Shown here: piece after piece, positions 9,282 through 18,244 of the stretch | Layout: every line of letters begins with the position of its first letter | Position numbering within the stretch: position 1 is the first letter of the stretch | Assembly: GCA_046758305.1 (NCBI GenBank) | Contig: JBHHZW010000002.1 | Location: 1-34,489, forward strand | Origin: Bacteroidota bacterium | GTDB taxonomy: Bacteria; Bacteroidota; Ignavibacteria; UBA10030; JAZGDE01 | DNA length: 34,489 nt | Reading direction: 5' to 3' | Notes under the pieces: model-generated | Databases searched by the model: none | Seen by the model: the letters and a program-made list of their open reading frames with translations, nothing else | What the model was told of the DNA's origin: nothing | Made by a program: the position numbers and the translations under genes

Positions 9282-9640
9282 GCATGCCACCTGCTTTCGA
9301 TCTTGTCATATTGAGCAAATGAACCGTGATCTCTTCGCTAAAGTAGCAGATTGCACGCCGAATAGCAAGGAAGGTGCCAGTGCTGACTTCTAGAAAATCC
9401 AGTCTCTCGAGGAGAGAGACCGTGCTTTCAAGGGTTGGACCTATGCTGGCGAACGGGACTTCTCATATGCATCTGGACGGTTTCTTCTCGTCACCTTAAC
9501 CGCGAACCGCAAACAACATCCGCTAGGTCTGACATCCCACGCCTGCGGCCATCATTTCGGGCCTTTCGCCCTTATTTTACCAGGCCTCAAGAGCCCTGGG
9601 ATCCGCCCCGACGCACAAGAAAAACCTTAAATAAAAACAC

Positions 9641-9669
9641 TTGACAAAACATTTCCGATTATGTATATT
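9641..9669 (+). promoter_or_regulatory. Sigma70-type promoter for the abrB-like/arsM cassette
   Basis: TTGACA (9641-9646), 17-nt spacer, TATATT (9664-9669). Confidence 0.6.
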
Positions 9670-9679
9670 ATTCAGTAGA

Positions 9680-9695
9680 TTCTGATTAATCAGAA
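9680..9695. promoter_or_regulatory. Perfect 16-bp palindrome, candidate operator just downstream of the predicted transcription start
   Basis: TTCTGATTAATCAGAA equals its own reverse complement. It starts 11 nt after the -10 hexamer and lies about 45 nt upstream of the ATG at 9740. Confidence 0.5.
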
Positions 9696-9739
9696 AAGGG
9701 CAAATATCCCGAATAACATCTCTCCCGGAGGTTACGAAC

Positions 9740-10015
9740 ATGGCCAAGAAAGGTACAGATCGACGTCGTCCTGTTAGGGCGGCAAGGGGACTTGGTTGCT
9801 GTAAAGTAGAATCAGTAATCACCGTCGATGATCGGGGACAGATGGTGCTTCCCAAAGAGATAAGAGAGACCGCAAAAATCCGCCCTGGTGATAAGCTAGC
9901 TGTGATCGGTTGGGAGAAGGATGGTAAGGTATGCTGTATTTCTCTCATTAAGGTTGAAGACCTTACAGAAATGGTAAAAGATATGCTCGGGCCAGTGATG
10001 AAAGGTATCCTTTGA
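9740..10015 (+). CDS. SpoVT/AbrB-fold DNA-binding protein carrying two vicinal cysteine pairs
   Basis: 91 aa with GGAGG 8 nt upstream. The core VITVDDRGQMVLPKEIRETAKIRPGDKLAV matches the swapped-hairpin AbrB/MazE signature. Cys20-Cys21 and Cys65-Cys66 flank that core. Confidence 0.75.
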   Translation: MAKKGTDRRRPVRAARGLGCCKVESVITVDDRGQMVLPKEIRETAKIRPGDKLAVIGWEKDGKVCCISLIKVEDLTEMVKDMLGPVMKGIL

Positions 10016-10033
10016 AACAATGAGGAGGTTGAA

Positions 10034-10867
10034 ATGAAGGAACAAGAGATCAAAAAAGCCGTAAGAGAAGGCTATGCAAGAATAGCGGAAACGGGCAACT
10101 CTTGCTGTGCTCCTAAGAGCTCCTGCTGTGAGAGCTCGGACCTTGGAGAGGATATTACCAGGAGGATCGGATATACGGATGAGGAGCTGAAATCTGTTCC
10201 CGAGGGGGCAAACCTCGGACTCGGTTGTGGAAATCCTACCGCTCTGGCATCGTTACGAGAAGGGGAAACTGTTCTCGACCTCGGGGCAGGGGGCGGTTTC
10301 GATTGTTTCCTCGCCTCCAACAAGGTCGGAAAGAAGGGAAAAGTCATCGGTGTGGATATGACGGTGGAGATGGTCGCGAAAGCCAGAGAAAACGCACGAA
10401 AGGGCAGTTACGAAAATGTAGAATTTCGGTTGGGAGAGATTGAAAACATACCGCTCGCCGATCATTCCGTTGATGTGGTCATCTCGAACTGCGTCATCAA
10501 CCTTTCCCCTGACAAGACAAGAGTCTTCCAAGAAGCATTCAGGGTTCTTAAACCTCAAGGAAAGCTGATGGTATCTGACATTGTCCTGATGAAAGAGCTT
10601 CCCAATTTCATACGAGACTCCCTCGACGCATATGTTGGGTGCATCTCAGGGGCAATGCTAAAGGACCACTATGTCGGAGCGATAAGAAAAGCGGGCTTCC
10701 ATGAGATCAAAATACTCGATGAGAAACCATTTCCAGCTGGGTCAAGCGTCAACGATCCAACTCTCCAGAGGATCCTCGAGAGCCTGAACATACCGACGGA
10801 GGAGGTGGAAAGGAACCTTCGATCCGTTGTTAGCATAACGGTCACCGCAGAAAAAGGAAGAGGGTAA
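10034..10867 (+). CDS. arsM: Arsenite S-adenosylmethionine methyltransferase
   Basis: 277 aa with GAGGAGG upstream. SAM motif VLDLGAGGGFD. ArsM-typical cysteine contexts are all present: N-terminal CC pairs (SCCAPKSSCCE), LGCGNP, ISNCVINL and YVGCISGA. Confidence 0.85.
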   Translation: MKEQEIKKAVREGYARIAETGNSCCAPKSSCCESSDLGEDITRRIGYTDEELKSVPEGANLGLGCGNPTALASLREGETVLDLGAGGGFDCFLASNKVGKKGKVIGVDMTVEMVAKARENARKGSYENVEFRLGEIENIPLADHSVDVVISNCVINLSPDKTRVFQEAFRVLKPQGKLMVSDIVLMKELPNFIRDSLDAYVGCISGAMLKDHYVGAIRKAGFHEIKILDEKPFPAGSSVNDPTLQRILESLNIPTEEVERNLRSVVSITVTAEKGRG

Positions 10868-11235
10868 CCTGAAGAATTCCATAAGACTCACTGCAGACGG
10901 TTTTTTCTCCGATTCAACAGCTTCTCCAAACTAATAATTTACATTAAATAAGCTGAACATGTTGTGCTGTTCTACACAGAAAGTCAATCTATTTTATCAC
11001 TGTGTCGTGCTTCGTATATCGTTGAGGCAACGATCTAATGAAATGCGTAATTTAAGAGTACTTCAAACGCTCACCCATCTGGAAAGAAAGATCCATTGCA
11101 TCAAAATGAAAAAAGGATCACTCTGACGTCTCTCGAACAACCGGATGTCGATCACGATTCCATTTCCTCCTACCTCCCATGACGCTCAGGCTGTGAAACC
11201 TCTTCCCAACTGTGGGGTTGAAGAGCTCTCCGTAT

Positions 11236-12120
11236 CTATTTTGGGGTTAGTCTAGTTTGGTCAGTGCCATCCGCATTCATGACAAAAATGCCCCCGACAC
11301 CTTCTCTTGTAGAAACAAACGTGATCTTGTTCCCGTCAGGGGACCAAACCGGCGTGGAATCAGGACCTGGATCGTCGGTTAAGCGGGTCAAGTTCGAACC
11401 GTCCGCGTCTATGGCATAAATGTCAGCATTGCGTTTCCTCTTTAATCTGAAAACGATCTTAGTGCCATCGGGTGACCAGCCAGGGGTGTCCGCGTTATCA
11501 ATTAAGTGAGTTACGTCGGACCCGTCAGTATCCATAAGATAGAGGTGGAATTTGCGCCATTTACCCCTCGCAAAAGCAATGTGTTTCCCATCTGGTGACC
11601 AGGATGGAAATACATCATTCGTCGTTTGGTCAGTTAAATGTACGAGATTCGAGCCATCCGCATTCACGATGCGCAGATCGTGATTGTACCTGCCTGCCCC
11701 AGGCTTCCATTGGAAAATAATCTTCTTGCCATCAGGAGACCAAGCAGGGCCATAATCTACTTCGGAATTGTTGGTTAAATTGATCCGATTGGAGCCATCG
11801 GCGTCCATGACGTAGATTTCGAAGTCACCATCCGCCTCAGACATGAAAACGATCTTCGAACCATCAGGTGACCAAGAGCCTTGCTGAGCCTTATCCTCTA
11901 ACCGAGTAGTCTCGGAACCGTCAGCGTTCATGATGTAGAGATCGAGGACACCATCACCGTCCAGACTTGACGCGAACATAATCCGAGAGCCATCAGACGA
12001 CCAAGCAGGATTCCAGTAGTTAATGGGAGATTGGCTCTGTTGTGCAAAAGCTGATTGTGCTGCGACGAAGAGAAGCGAACACCCCAGCAACGGTATTTTG
12101 ACCACGTTGTTTCTTTTCAT
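11236..12120 (-). CDS. Exported six-bladed PD40 (TolB-C-terminal-like) beta-propeller protein
   Basis: Signal peptide (LLGCSLLFVAAQSAFAQQ). Six repeats of about 44 aa each contain W-S-(P/S)-D-G-x-(K/R/H)-I-x-F and (N/D)-(A/T)-D-G-(S/T). GGGAGG upstream. Confidence 0.85.
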   Translation of the reverse strand: MKRNNVVKIPLLGCSLLFVAAQSAFAQQSQSPINYWNPAWSSDGSRIMFASSLDGDGVLDLYIMNADGSETTRLEDKAQQGSWSPDGSKIVFMSEADGDFEIYVMDADGSNRINLTNNSEVDYGPAWSPDGKKIIFQWKPGAGRYNHDLRIVNADGSNLVHLTDQTTNDVFPSWSPDGKHIAFARGKWRKFHLYLMDTDGSDVTHLIDNADTPGWSPDGTKIVFRLKRKRNADIYAIDADGSNLTRLTDDPGPDSTPVWSPDGNKITFVSTREGVGGIFVMNADGTDQTRLTPK

Positions 12121-12254
12121 TATTTATTACCTCCCGTTTCGTTCTATGCTCTCCATTTGGGAACAAAATCTATACGATGTCATCATCAAACTCAAGAAGA
12201 ATCGTATTGACAGGCTTACTACGCGCTGACGATGAGCGAGAAGGATAATGATTC

Positions 12255-12283
12255 TTGACTGTCAAAGCGCGCAGTTGTATATT
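12255..12283 (+). promoter_or_regulatory. Sigma70-type promoter for the 12394 gene
   Basis: TTGACT (12255-12260), 17-nt spacer, TATATT (12278-12283). The -35 is part of the inverted repeat TTGAC-T-GTCAA. Confidence 0.5.
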
Positions 12284-12393
12284 ATTACGTTAGCCCACGT
12301 TCAGTTGCATCGATTGGCCACTTCAGGCTGCGATTCCTTTTCTTTAGCGTTCGTTCACACTCACTTGACTGTCTCACACATCGGAGGCTCATA

Positions 12394-14463
12394 ATGTTTC
12401 ATCACCCGACCGGTCCGAAGACCACGCGTTTTGCACTGTGCGCGATCACTATCGCTACCCTGATATCGACGGAGAGTTTTGCGCAGAATGCTTCGAAGTC
12501 CATCAGCGAGGGAACCATGCAAAATGTCACGAGCGAACTCATCAGCCGCTTTGGAACGTCTCAAGCAAGCCGAATCGAGAAAGGAGTCCGACAGGTTACA
12601 CGACTGTGGCGCCCTGAAGACGGCAGCGAGGAAAACTTCATACAGTTCTGCCGCGACAATTTCGTTGCAGACCCTGACCTGCTCCAGAAAACGTTCGACC
12701 GATTACAAGAGAACCTGATACTCGTCTATGGATACATGCTGGAATTAAAGCGCGACATCGACAGACCCCTTGACCTCGACCTCGGACCCATTCTCCCCAT
12801 CGATTATCTGTTCGGAGAGTTCTCACCATCAGCTCACCTGAGCGAGGATCTTTTCAAATCGAAGATCGCGTTCATCGTCCTCCTGAACTTCCCGCTCTAC
12901 ACCCTCGAAGAGCGCCTTACCCTCGCTCCGTCGTGGACTCGTCAGGAGTGGGCGGAAACAAGACTGGCGCAAATTTTCTCCACCCGCGTTCCGGCGTCGG
13001 TGAAGCAAAAAGTAACGCAGGCATACACCAAAGCGGACAATTATATCAACTCGTACAACATCTTCATGCACAATGTGCTCACGGAGAACGGCGAGCGGTT
13101 GTTCCCTGAAGGATTGAAACTCATCAGTCACTGGGGGTTGCGGGATGAGCTCAAGGCTCAGTACGCTAACAAGGACGGACTCCCACGCCAGGAGATGATT
13201 CAACTCATCATGGAGAGAATCATCACTCAACAAATCCCCTCAGTCGTCATTAATAACCCGGACGTGGATTGGAATCCAAGTTCGAACATCGTCACGTTGA
13301 GGTCAGGAAGCACGCGTACGAGCGAACGCGAGCCTGACCGCCGCTACACGATGTGGCAGAATACCTTCAAGGCGGAACGCGAGATCGACGCTTACGATCT
13401 GGACGCGCCAACAAAAATCGACCGACGATTCCAGCGCGATCGTGAGATTCCGGAAGCAAAAGTCGAGCAGCTACTGGGGTCAGTTCTCGGCTCCCCGGTC
13501 GTCAAACAAGTTGCCGCAATCATCAAAAAGCGCCTCGGCAGGGAACTCCGACCGTTTGACATCTGGTACAACGGATTCAAGCCTCGTGGAGCGTACACGG
13601 AACAGGAACTCGACCGCATCGTGGCCTCGCGCTATACGACCATCCCCTCGTTTCAAGCGGACATAGCCAACATTTTGAAGAAACTCGGCTTTTCAGGGGA
13701 AAAGAGCCAATTTCTCGCAGCAAAAATTGCCGTAGACCCTGCCCGCGGGGCTGGACACGCTTATCGACCAGGAAGACTCGTCGACAAAGCGCACCTCCGA
13801 ACGCGGATCCCGCAAAGCGGGATGAACTACAAAGGGTACAACATCGCCATCCATGAGCTCGGTCACAACGTGGAGCAGGTGATCTCCTTCAACATGATCG
13901 ATTACACTCTCCTGCGCGGTGTCCCGAACACAGCGTTCACGGAGGGCTTCGCGTTCGTTTTCCAATCGCGCGACCTTGAAATTCTGGGGGTCGGAAAAGA
14001 AGAGCAACACGCAGAGCACCTCAAAGCACTCGACGTACTATGGTCCACCTACGAAATCGGCGGCGTTGCCCTCGTCGACATGAAGGCATGGCGCTGGCTG
14101 TATGAACACCCCGACGCAACTCCTGCAGAGATGCGTGAGGCAGTTATCGCGATTGCAAAGGATGTCTGGAACGACTATTTCGCCCCCGTCCTCGGAGTCC
14201 GCGACGTTCTCCTCCTCGCCGTCTACTCGCACATGGTGGATGGAGGAATGTACACTCCGGATTATCCCCTTGGCCATATCATCGCATTCCAGATCGAAGA
14301 GCATATGAAGAAATACAGCCTGGCGGAAGAAATGGAAAGGATGTGCATGATTGGATCCATCACACCAGACCTGTGGATGGAGCAGGCTGTGGGCTCTTCT
14401 ATTTCAACGAAGCCGCTGCTGGAAGCAGCAGAGAGAGCAGTTGCTGTGCTGAAAGGCAAGTAA
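12394..14463 (+). CDS. Exported gluzincin metallopeptidase (M3/oligoendopeptidase-like)
   Basis: 689 aa with GGAGG 6 nt upstream and a signal peptide (FALCAITIATLISTESFAQ). HELGH zinc motif, with a Glu 26 residues after the second His (NTAFTEGFAF), as in gluzincins. Confidence 0.65.
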   Translation: MFHHPTGPKTTRFALCAITIATLISTESFAQNASKSISEGTMQNVTSELISRFGTSQASRIEKGVRQVTRLWRPEDGSEENFIQFCRDNFVADPDLLQKTFDRLQENLILVYGYMLELKRDIDRPLDLDLGPILPIDYLFGEFSPSAHLSEDLFKSKIAFIVLLNFPLYTLEERLTLAPSWTRQEWAETRLAQIFSTRVPASVKQKVTQAYTKADNYINSYNIFMHNVLTENGERLFPEGLKLISHWGLRDELKAQYANKDGLPRQEMIQLIMERIITQQIPSVVINNPDVDWNPSSNIVTLRSGSTRTSEREPDRRYTMWQNTFKAEREIDAYDLDAPTKIDRRFQRDREIPEAKVEQLLGSVLGSPVVKQVAAIIKKRLGRELRPFDIWYNGFKPRGAYTEQELDRIVASRYTTIPSFQADIANILKKLGFSGEKSQFLAAKIAVDPARGAGHAYRPGRLVDKAHLRTRIPQSGMNYKGYNIAIHELGHNVEQVISFNMIDYTLLRGVPNTAFTEGFAFVFQSRDLEILGVGKEEQHAEHLKALDVLWSTYEIGGVALVDMKAWRWLYEHPDATPAEMREAVIAIAKDVWNDYFAPVLGVRDVLLLAVYSHMVDGGMYTPDYPLGHIIAFQIEEHMKKYSLAEEMERMCMIGSITPDLWMEQAVGSSISTKPLLEAAERAVAVLKGK

Positions 14464-14614
14464 CGCAGTGCCAGAGCAAAGACTGATCCATCGGCGTCTC
14501 CCCATTGGGCTCGCACCCACGGGGCGGGGCCGAGCCCGATGTGCGAGCACAATCAATTTAGCGTCTTGCGTTAACGGATAAATGAACCGATTCAGTGATC
14601 GGTTCTGGTGTAGC

Positions 14615-14643
14615 TTGAAACTATTACCTGCTACGTCTATATT
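14615..14643 (+). promoter_or_regulatory. Sigma70-type promoter for the zinc-ribbon gene and downstream genes
   Basis: TTGAAA (14615-14620), 17-nt spacer, TATATT (14638-14643). Confidence 0.5.
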
Positions 14644-14706
14644 ATTTATATAGGTTTTTTTTCGCCTTGCCTCCAGGATAGCTTTCGCTGAGTAGGAGGA
14701 ACGACC

Positions 14707-14874
14707 ATGCCGGACTATGACTTCAAATGCGCCGACTGCGGGCATGTCTTCGAGCTGCACCTCTCCGTTGCTGAACATGATAAGATGCAGGGGGTTCAGT
14801 GCCCCAAGTGCAACTCCAAGAACGTCAAACCCGTCATGTCCGTCGGCGGGGTCATTACCAGCAAGAAAAGTTGA
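14707..14874 (+). CDS. FmdB-family CxxC...CxxC zinc-ribbon protein (55 aa; below the ORF-track length cutoff)
   Basis: Hand translation gives MPDYDFKCADCGHVFELHLSVAEHDKMQGVQCPKCNSKNVKPVMSVGGVITSKKS*. The MP-Y-[DE]-[FY]-x-C-x-x-CGH-x-FE opening and second CPKC knuckle are typical of the family. AGGAGG lies 8 nt upstream of the ATG. Confidence 0.8.
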   Translation: MPDYDFKCADCGHVFELHLSVAEHDKMQGVQCPKCNSKNVKPVMSVGGVITSKKS

Positions 14875-15147
14875 CCGTTACGCCCAACAGCGAGCCCGCC
14901 CTTTCCAAGATGCTGGAGATCAACGCGGCTCAAGTGCGTAGCTCAAGGGACAGAACTACAAAGCTCATTCAGTATTGGACAAGCTTGAAGCGGCGCTCAG
15001 CAGCGCAGCTGAGACCGGACAATGGAACCCTCGTTTCCGAACGCAGCGTCTCTGTGCAAGTTCATACCCCACCTCGTCGGTTTCATCCGACTGAGGATCA
15101 CCTCACCCGCAGGTATTGGTTTTGTGCGTGAGCTCGAACCGTTCACG

Positions 15148-16083
15148 ATGCTCTGGCTCTTACCGTCCCTTCTTGTTCTCCATGCCAGTGTAATCCGCAC
15201 GAACGCACAACTCGTAGACGCGGACAAGCTGCCCCGCAACCTGCGGCAGTTTGTCCAAGCAGACTATAGCCTCACCTACGCGCGTGAAGATACTGTGCAG
15301 GTAGACGAGGCCACTGCTACCATCGATTTCCTGCTTCGTGGAATAAATGACCGAACCGTTCGGGGGCGCCTGCGCATCCCACGGGTGGGCAGTCCACCGT
15401 ATCCGCTCGCCTATCTTACGGTCGGTTTGGAGACCGGCAAGAACGTCGTCGGCATGATCGAAGGTTACGACAGTGTCATCGTGGCGGCGATTGATTATCC
15501 ATTTGATCCATTGCTCGATTTCTCCGGTCTGGGCGGGTTTCTCAAGCTGTTCAGGGCCCGCAAAAGCGCGGCGGAGAGCATCTATTCAAGCCTGTTGTGC
15601 CTGCAGTGGTTGCTTGAGAAACCGATTGTCGACACGCGGAACGTGTCGATGATCGCGGTCAGCTTCGGCGTCTTCACGGCCGTCCCCGTCGCAGTCATCG
15701 AGCAGCGATTTTCCCGATTGGTCGTTATCGAAGCAGGTGGTAACCTCGGGCGGATCATCAAAACAAACGCGAAAAAATCTGGCACCTTCGTGCCCTCCTG
15801 GTTTGCCGGATGGCTGGGCGGACTCGTGCTGAGCCGCTACGATCCGATTAATTACATTGACGACTTCGCCCCAAGACCCGTGCTCATCGTCGGCAGCGCC
15901 GCCGATGAATTTTTTCCCAAGGAATCGATCGAATCTCTCTACGACGCAGCAAGGAAGCCAAAGGAAATCATCTGGCACGAACGGGCCCACGTCATGCCAT
16001 ACCAGCAGGACCGCATCCGCGAACTCACACGCCTCGTCGCCCAAAAACTGTACGGAAACACACCGACTGGTTCACATGAATAA
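15148..16083 (+). CDS. Alpha/beta hydrolase (dienelactone hydrolase / S9-like), probably exported
   Basis: Nucleophile-elbow-like AVSFG and a C-terminal His context (WHERAHV). I prefer the ATG at 15148 (MLWLLPSLLVLHASVIRTNAQ is signal-like) over 15022. No clear SD for either start. Confidence 0.6.
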   Translation: MLWLLPSLLVLHASVIRTNAQLVDADKLPRNLRQFVQADYSLTYAREDTVQVDEATATIDFLLRGINDRTVRGRLRIPRVGSPPYPLAYLTVGLETGKNVVGMIEGYDSVIVAAIDYPFDPLLDFSGLGGFLKLFRARKSAAESIYSSLLCLQWLLEKPIVDTRNVSMIAVSFGVFTAVPVAVIEQRFSRLVVIEAGGNLGRIIKTNAKKSGTFVPSWFAGWLGGLVLSRYDPINYIDDFAPRPVLIVGSAADEFFPKESIESLYDAARKPKEIIWHERAHVMPYQQDRIRELTRLVAQKLYGNTPTGSHE

Positions 16084-17218
16084 TCTATCGCCTCGAGAGC
16101 TCGAGCGGTTGATCTTCACCGTGTTTGCTCCAACAGAGGCCGACCGTACACTCTTGATCCTTGTCGATGTTCCGAACGCCGCCGCTCCGGACAACGCCGC
16201 CTGGAGAGACCGACGGATGATAGCACACGAGTGGCACCGCGCTCTCACGAGCGTTCGGTACCAACTTGGATTCCAGAACCTCAAAACTCTCTACTACGAG
16301 AACGTCGAAAGTAACAACGCAGACCTGCCAGAACTTTGCTATGAGTACGATGCGTCTTGCGAGGAACTGCATGCCGAAAAACTCGCAACATCCGGCAGGT
16401 CGTGCCCCCTCAACGCTGTGCTCGCGCAAACTGATATTGTCATCGCTCCAACCGAGTTCTCCGCTACAGCGCCGCTTAAACTCCTCGCGAGGCAGTATGG
16501 GTTTCGCGCTGCGACCTTGCCCGGTTTTTCCCGGGAGATGATCTCAGCTCTGGGTTTGGACTACGTCAAGATCCACGAGCGCGTGATGTTCTTCAAACAG
16601 AGACTGGACGATGCCGTCGGCATCAAGGTGGTCTTGAGTGATGGAAGCAGGGAGTATGCATCGTCCTTTGACCTTCGTTTCCGCACGGCGCATGCAAGCA
16701 GTGGACTCATCCGTGAGCGCGGCACGGCAGGAAATCTTCCGTCCGGAGAAGCCTACATTGTCCCAAACGAAGGGGAAAAGGAACAAAGCCAAAGCGAGGG
16801 GCTGCTGCCTGTTCAGTTCGGAGAGGAAGTCGTTGTGTTCAAGATCGAGCAGAATCGTGCGATCGACGTTCTCAGCAAGGGGTCACAATCAGAAAACCAG
16901 CTTCGGATGCTTCAAGAGGAGCCTGCCTACGGCAACATTGCTGAAGTCGGAATCGGCGTGCTTGGTGCGTTCGGGGTAACTGCAGTCGGGAATACGTTGC
17001 TGGACGAGAAACTCGGGCTGCACATCGCCTTCGGTCGCAGCGATCATTTCAGTGGAATTACCGGCCCGAGCACTTTCAAGAATCCGAAGCGAGTTGTGCA
17101 CATTGATTGGGTGTATGTTCCGTCAGTTCAGCCGAAGATTCAAGTGCGGGAGGTAAGGCTTATCTATAGTGGGAAGGCAGACGAGGTGACCATGAAGAAC
17201 GGGAAGTTTCTGGTCTGA
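16076..17218 (+). CDS. M29 (aminopeptidase T/S)-like protein
   Basis: The C-terminal region GNIAEVGIGV...NTLLDEKLGLHIAFGRS resembles the M29 signature (E-x-GIG...LFDEK-x-G-x-HIALG). The ATG at 16076 overlaps the upstream stop (ATGAATAA). The ORF-track start at 15857 lies inside the upstream gene. Confidence 0.5.
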   Translation: MNNLSPRELERLIFTVFAPTEADRTLLILVDVPNAAAPDNAAWRDRRMIAHEWHRALTSVRYQLGFQNLKTLYYENVESNNADLPELCYEYDASCEELHAEKLATSGRSCPLNAVLAQTDIVIAPTEFSATAPLKLLARQYGFRAATLPGFSREMISALGLDYVKIHERVMFFKQRLDDAVGIKVVLSDGSREYASSFDLRFRTAHASSGLIRERGTAGNLPSGEAYIVPNEGEKEQSQSEGLLPVQFGEEVVVFKIEQNRAIDVLSKGSQSENQLRMLQEEPAYGNIAEVGIGVLGAFGVTAVGNTLLDEKLGLHIAFGRSDHFSGITGPSTFKNPKRVVHIDWVYVPSVQPKIQVREVRLIYSGKADEVTMKNGKFLV

Positions 17219-17306
17219 TGTTGAATTATCAGCCGCCAGATTCAATCTAATGATTGGCTCCATCAAACGCCGATCTAGCCGCACCGGAGGAATTCAGGCT
17301 CGGTCG

Positions 17307-18236
17307 CTACGAAAACTTTCCTTCGATCGCCGCACGCACAAATCCCTGAGACTTTCTCAGTCGCTTTTCTGCCTCTGCCGCTGACACACCAGCCCGGATC
17401 ATCACCAGAGCTTTTTTCACATGGCCGCCTGCCCCCTGCAGGACGCGCGCGGCCTCTTCATACGATACGCCTGTTATCATCATCACGACAGCTTTTGCAC
17501 GCTCCTCGAGTTTGCGGCTGTTCATCTGCAGGTCGATCATCATGTTCTCGTACACCTTGCCGAGCTTAATCATCGCCGTCGTCGTGATCATATTGAGAAC
17601 CAGCTTCTGTGCCGTCCCCGACTTCATCCGCGTCGATCCCATGATCACCTCAGGTCCGACCTCCGGGCATATAGCCACATCCACGAAATCGTAATTGAAC
17701 TCCGATCGAGGGTTCGTCGTGATGAAGATCGTTCTCGCCCCGAGCCCCTTCGCACGCCTCACAGCTGCCACAACGTACGGCGTCCTCCGACTGGCCGCAA
17801 CTCCACAGACTACATCCTTCGAGGTCACGTTTCGACCTTCAAGATCTCGCACACCGGAACCTTCATCATCCTCAGCTCCCTCCTGTGCCTGGAACACCGC
17901 CCTCTCCCCTCCGGCAATAATCCCCTGGATCATCTCCAGATCGGTCCCGAAGGTCGGAGGACACTCAGCCGCATCCACAATTGCCAGTCGACCGCTTGTT
18001 CCGACGCCGACGTACAGCAGCCTTCCACCATTCTGAAAACTTTCCACCACCAGGTCGACCCCTTTTGCGATGTAAGGAATTTCCGATTCAACAGCCATCG
18101 CCACCTTCGTGTCCTCGCTATTGATGATGGTCAGGATCTCCCGGACCGATTGCGCATCGATGTCCATAGACGCTGGATTACGCTGCTCGGTCGCAAGCTT
18201 CTTCAATTCCTCGAAAAGCTCTGATCGTTCTTTCAT
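17307..18236 (-). CDS. murQ: N-acetylmuramic acid 6-phosphate etherase
   Basis: SIS-domain motifs GVGTSGRLAIVDAAECPPTFG and STRMKSGTAQK, with typical length and N-terminus (LATEQRNP). Confidence 0.9.
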   Translation of the reverse strand: MKERSELFEELKKLATEQRNPASMDIDAQSVREILTIINSEDTKVAMAVESEIPYIAKGVDLVVESFQNGGRLLYVGVGTSGRLAIVDAAECPPTFGTDLEMIQGIIAGGERAVFQAQEGAEDDEGSGVRDLEGRNVTSKDVVCGVAASRRTPYVVAAVRRAKGLGARTIFITTNPRSEFNYDFVDVAICPEVGPEVIMGSTRMKSGTAQKLVLNMITTTAMIKLGKVYENMMIDLQMNSRKLEERAKAVVMMITGVSYEEAARVLQGAGGHVKKALVMIRAGVSAAEAEKRLRKSQGFVRAAIEGKFS

Positions 18237-18244
18237 ACTGTGAC

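Noticed and set aside
10959-11126. 55-aa Cys-containing ORF (MLCCSTQKVNLFYHC...) in the AT-rich spacer after arsM
   Set aside because: It has no SD or promoter and sits in roughly 32% G+C non-coding-looking sequence. The CC pair is tempting given the neighbouring genes, but the evidence is insufficient.
14799-15131. 110-aa plus-strand ORF spanning the zinc-ribbon/hydrolase gap
   Set aside because: It overlaps the zinc-ribbon gene, has no SD and no recognisable motif, and is Arg-rich. The gap itself remains unexplained; see the finding on the 12255-17218 block.
15857-16075. Upstream extension of the M29-like ORF
   Set aside because: It lies inside the alpha/beta hydrolase gene in another frame. 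The ATG at 16076, overlapping the upstream stop, is the natural start.
17421-18224. 267-aa plus-strand ORF
   Set aside because: It is antisense to murQ. The Arg/His/Leu-rich sequence has no recognisable domain.
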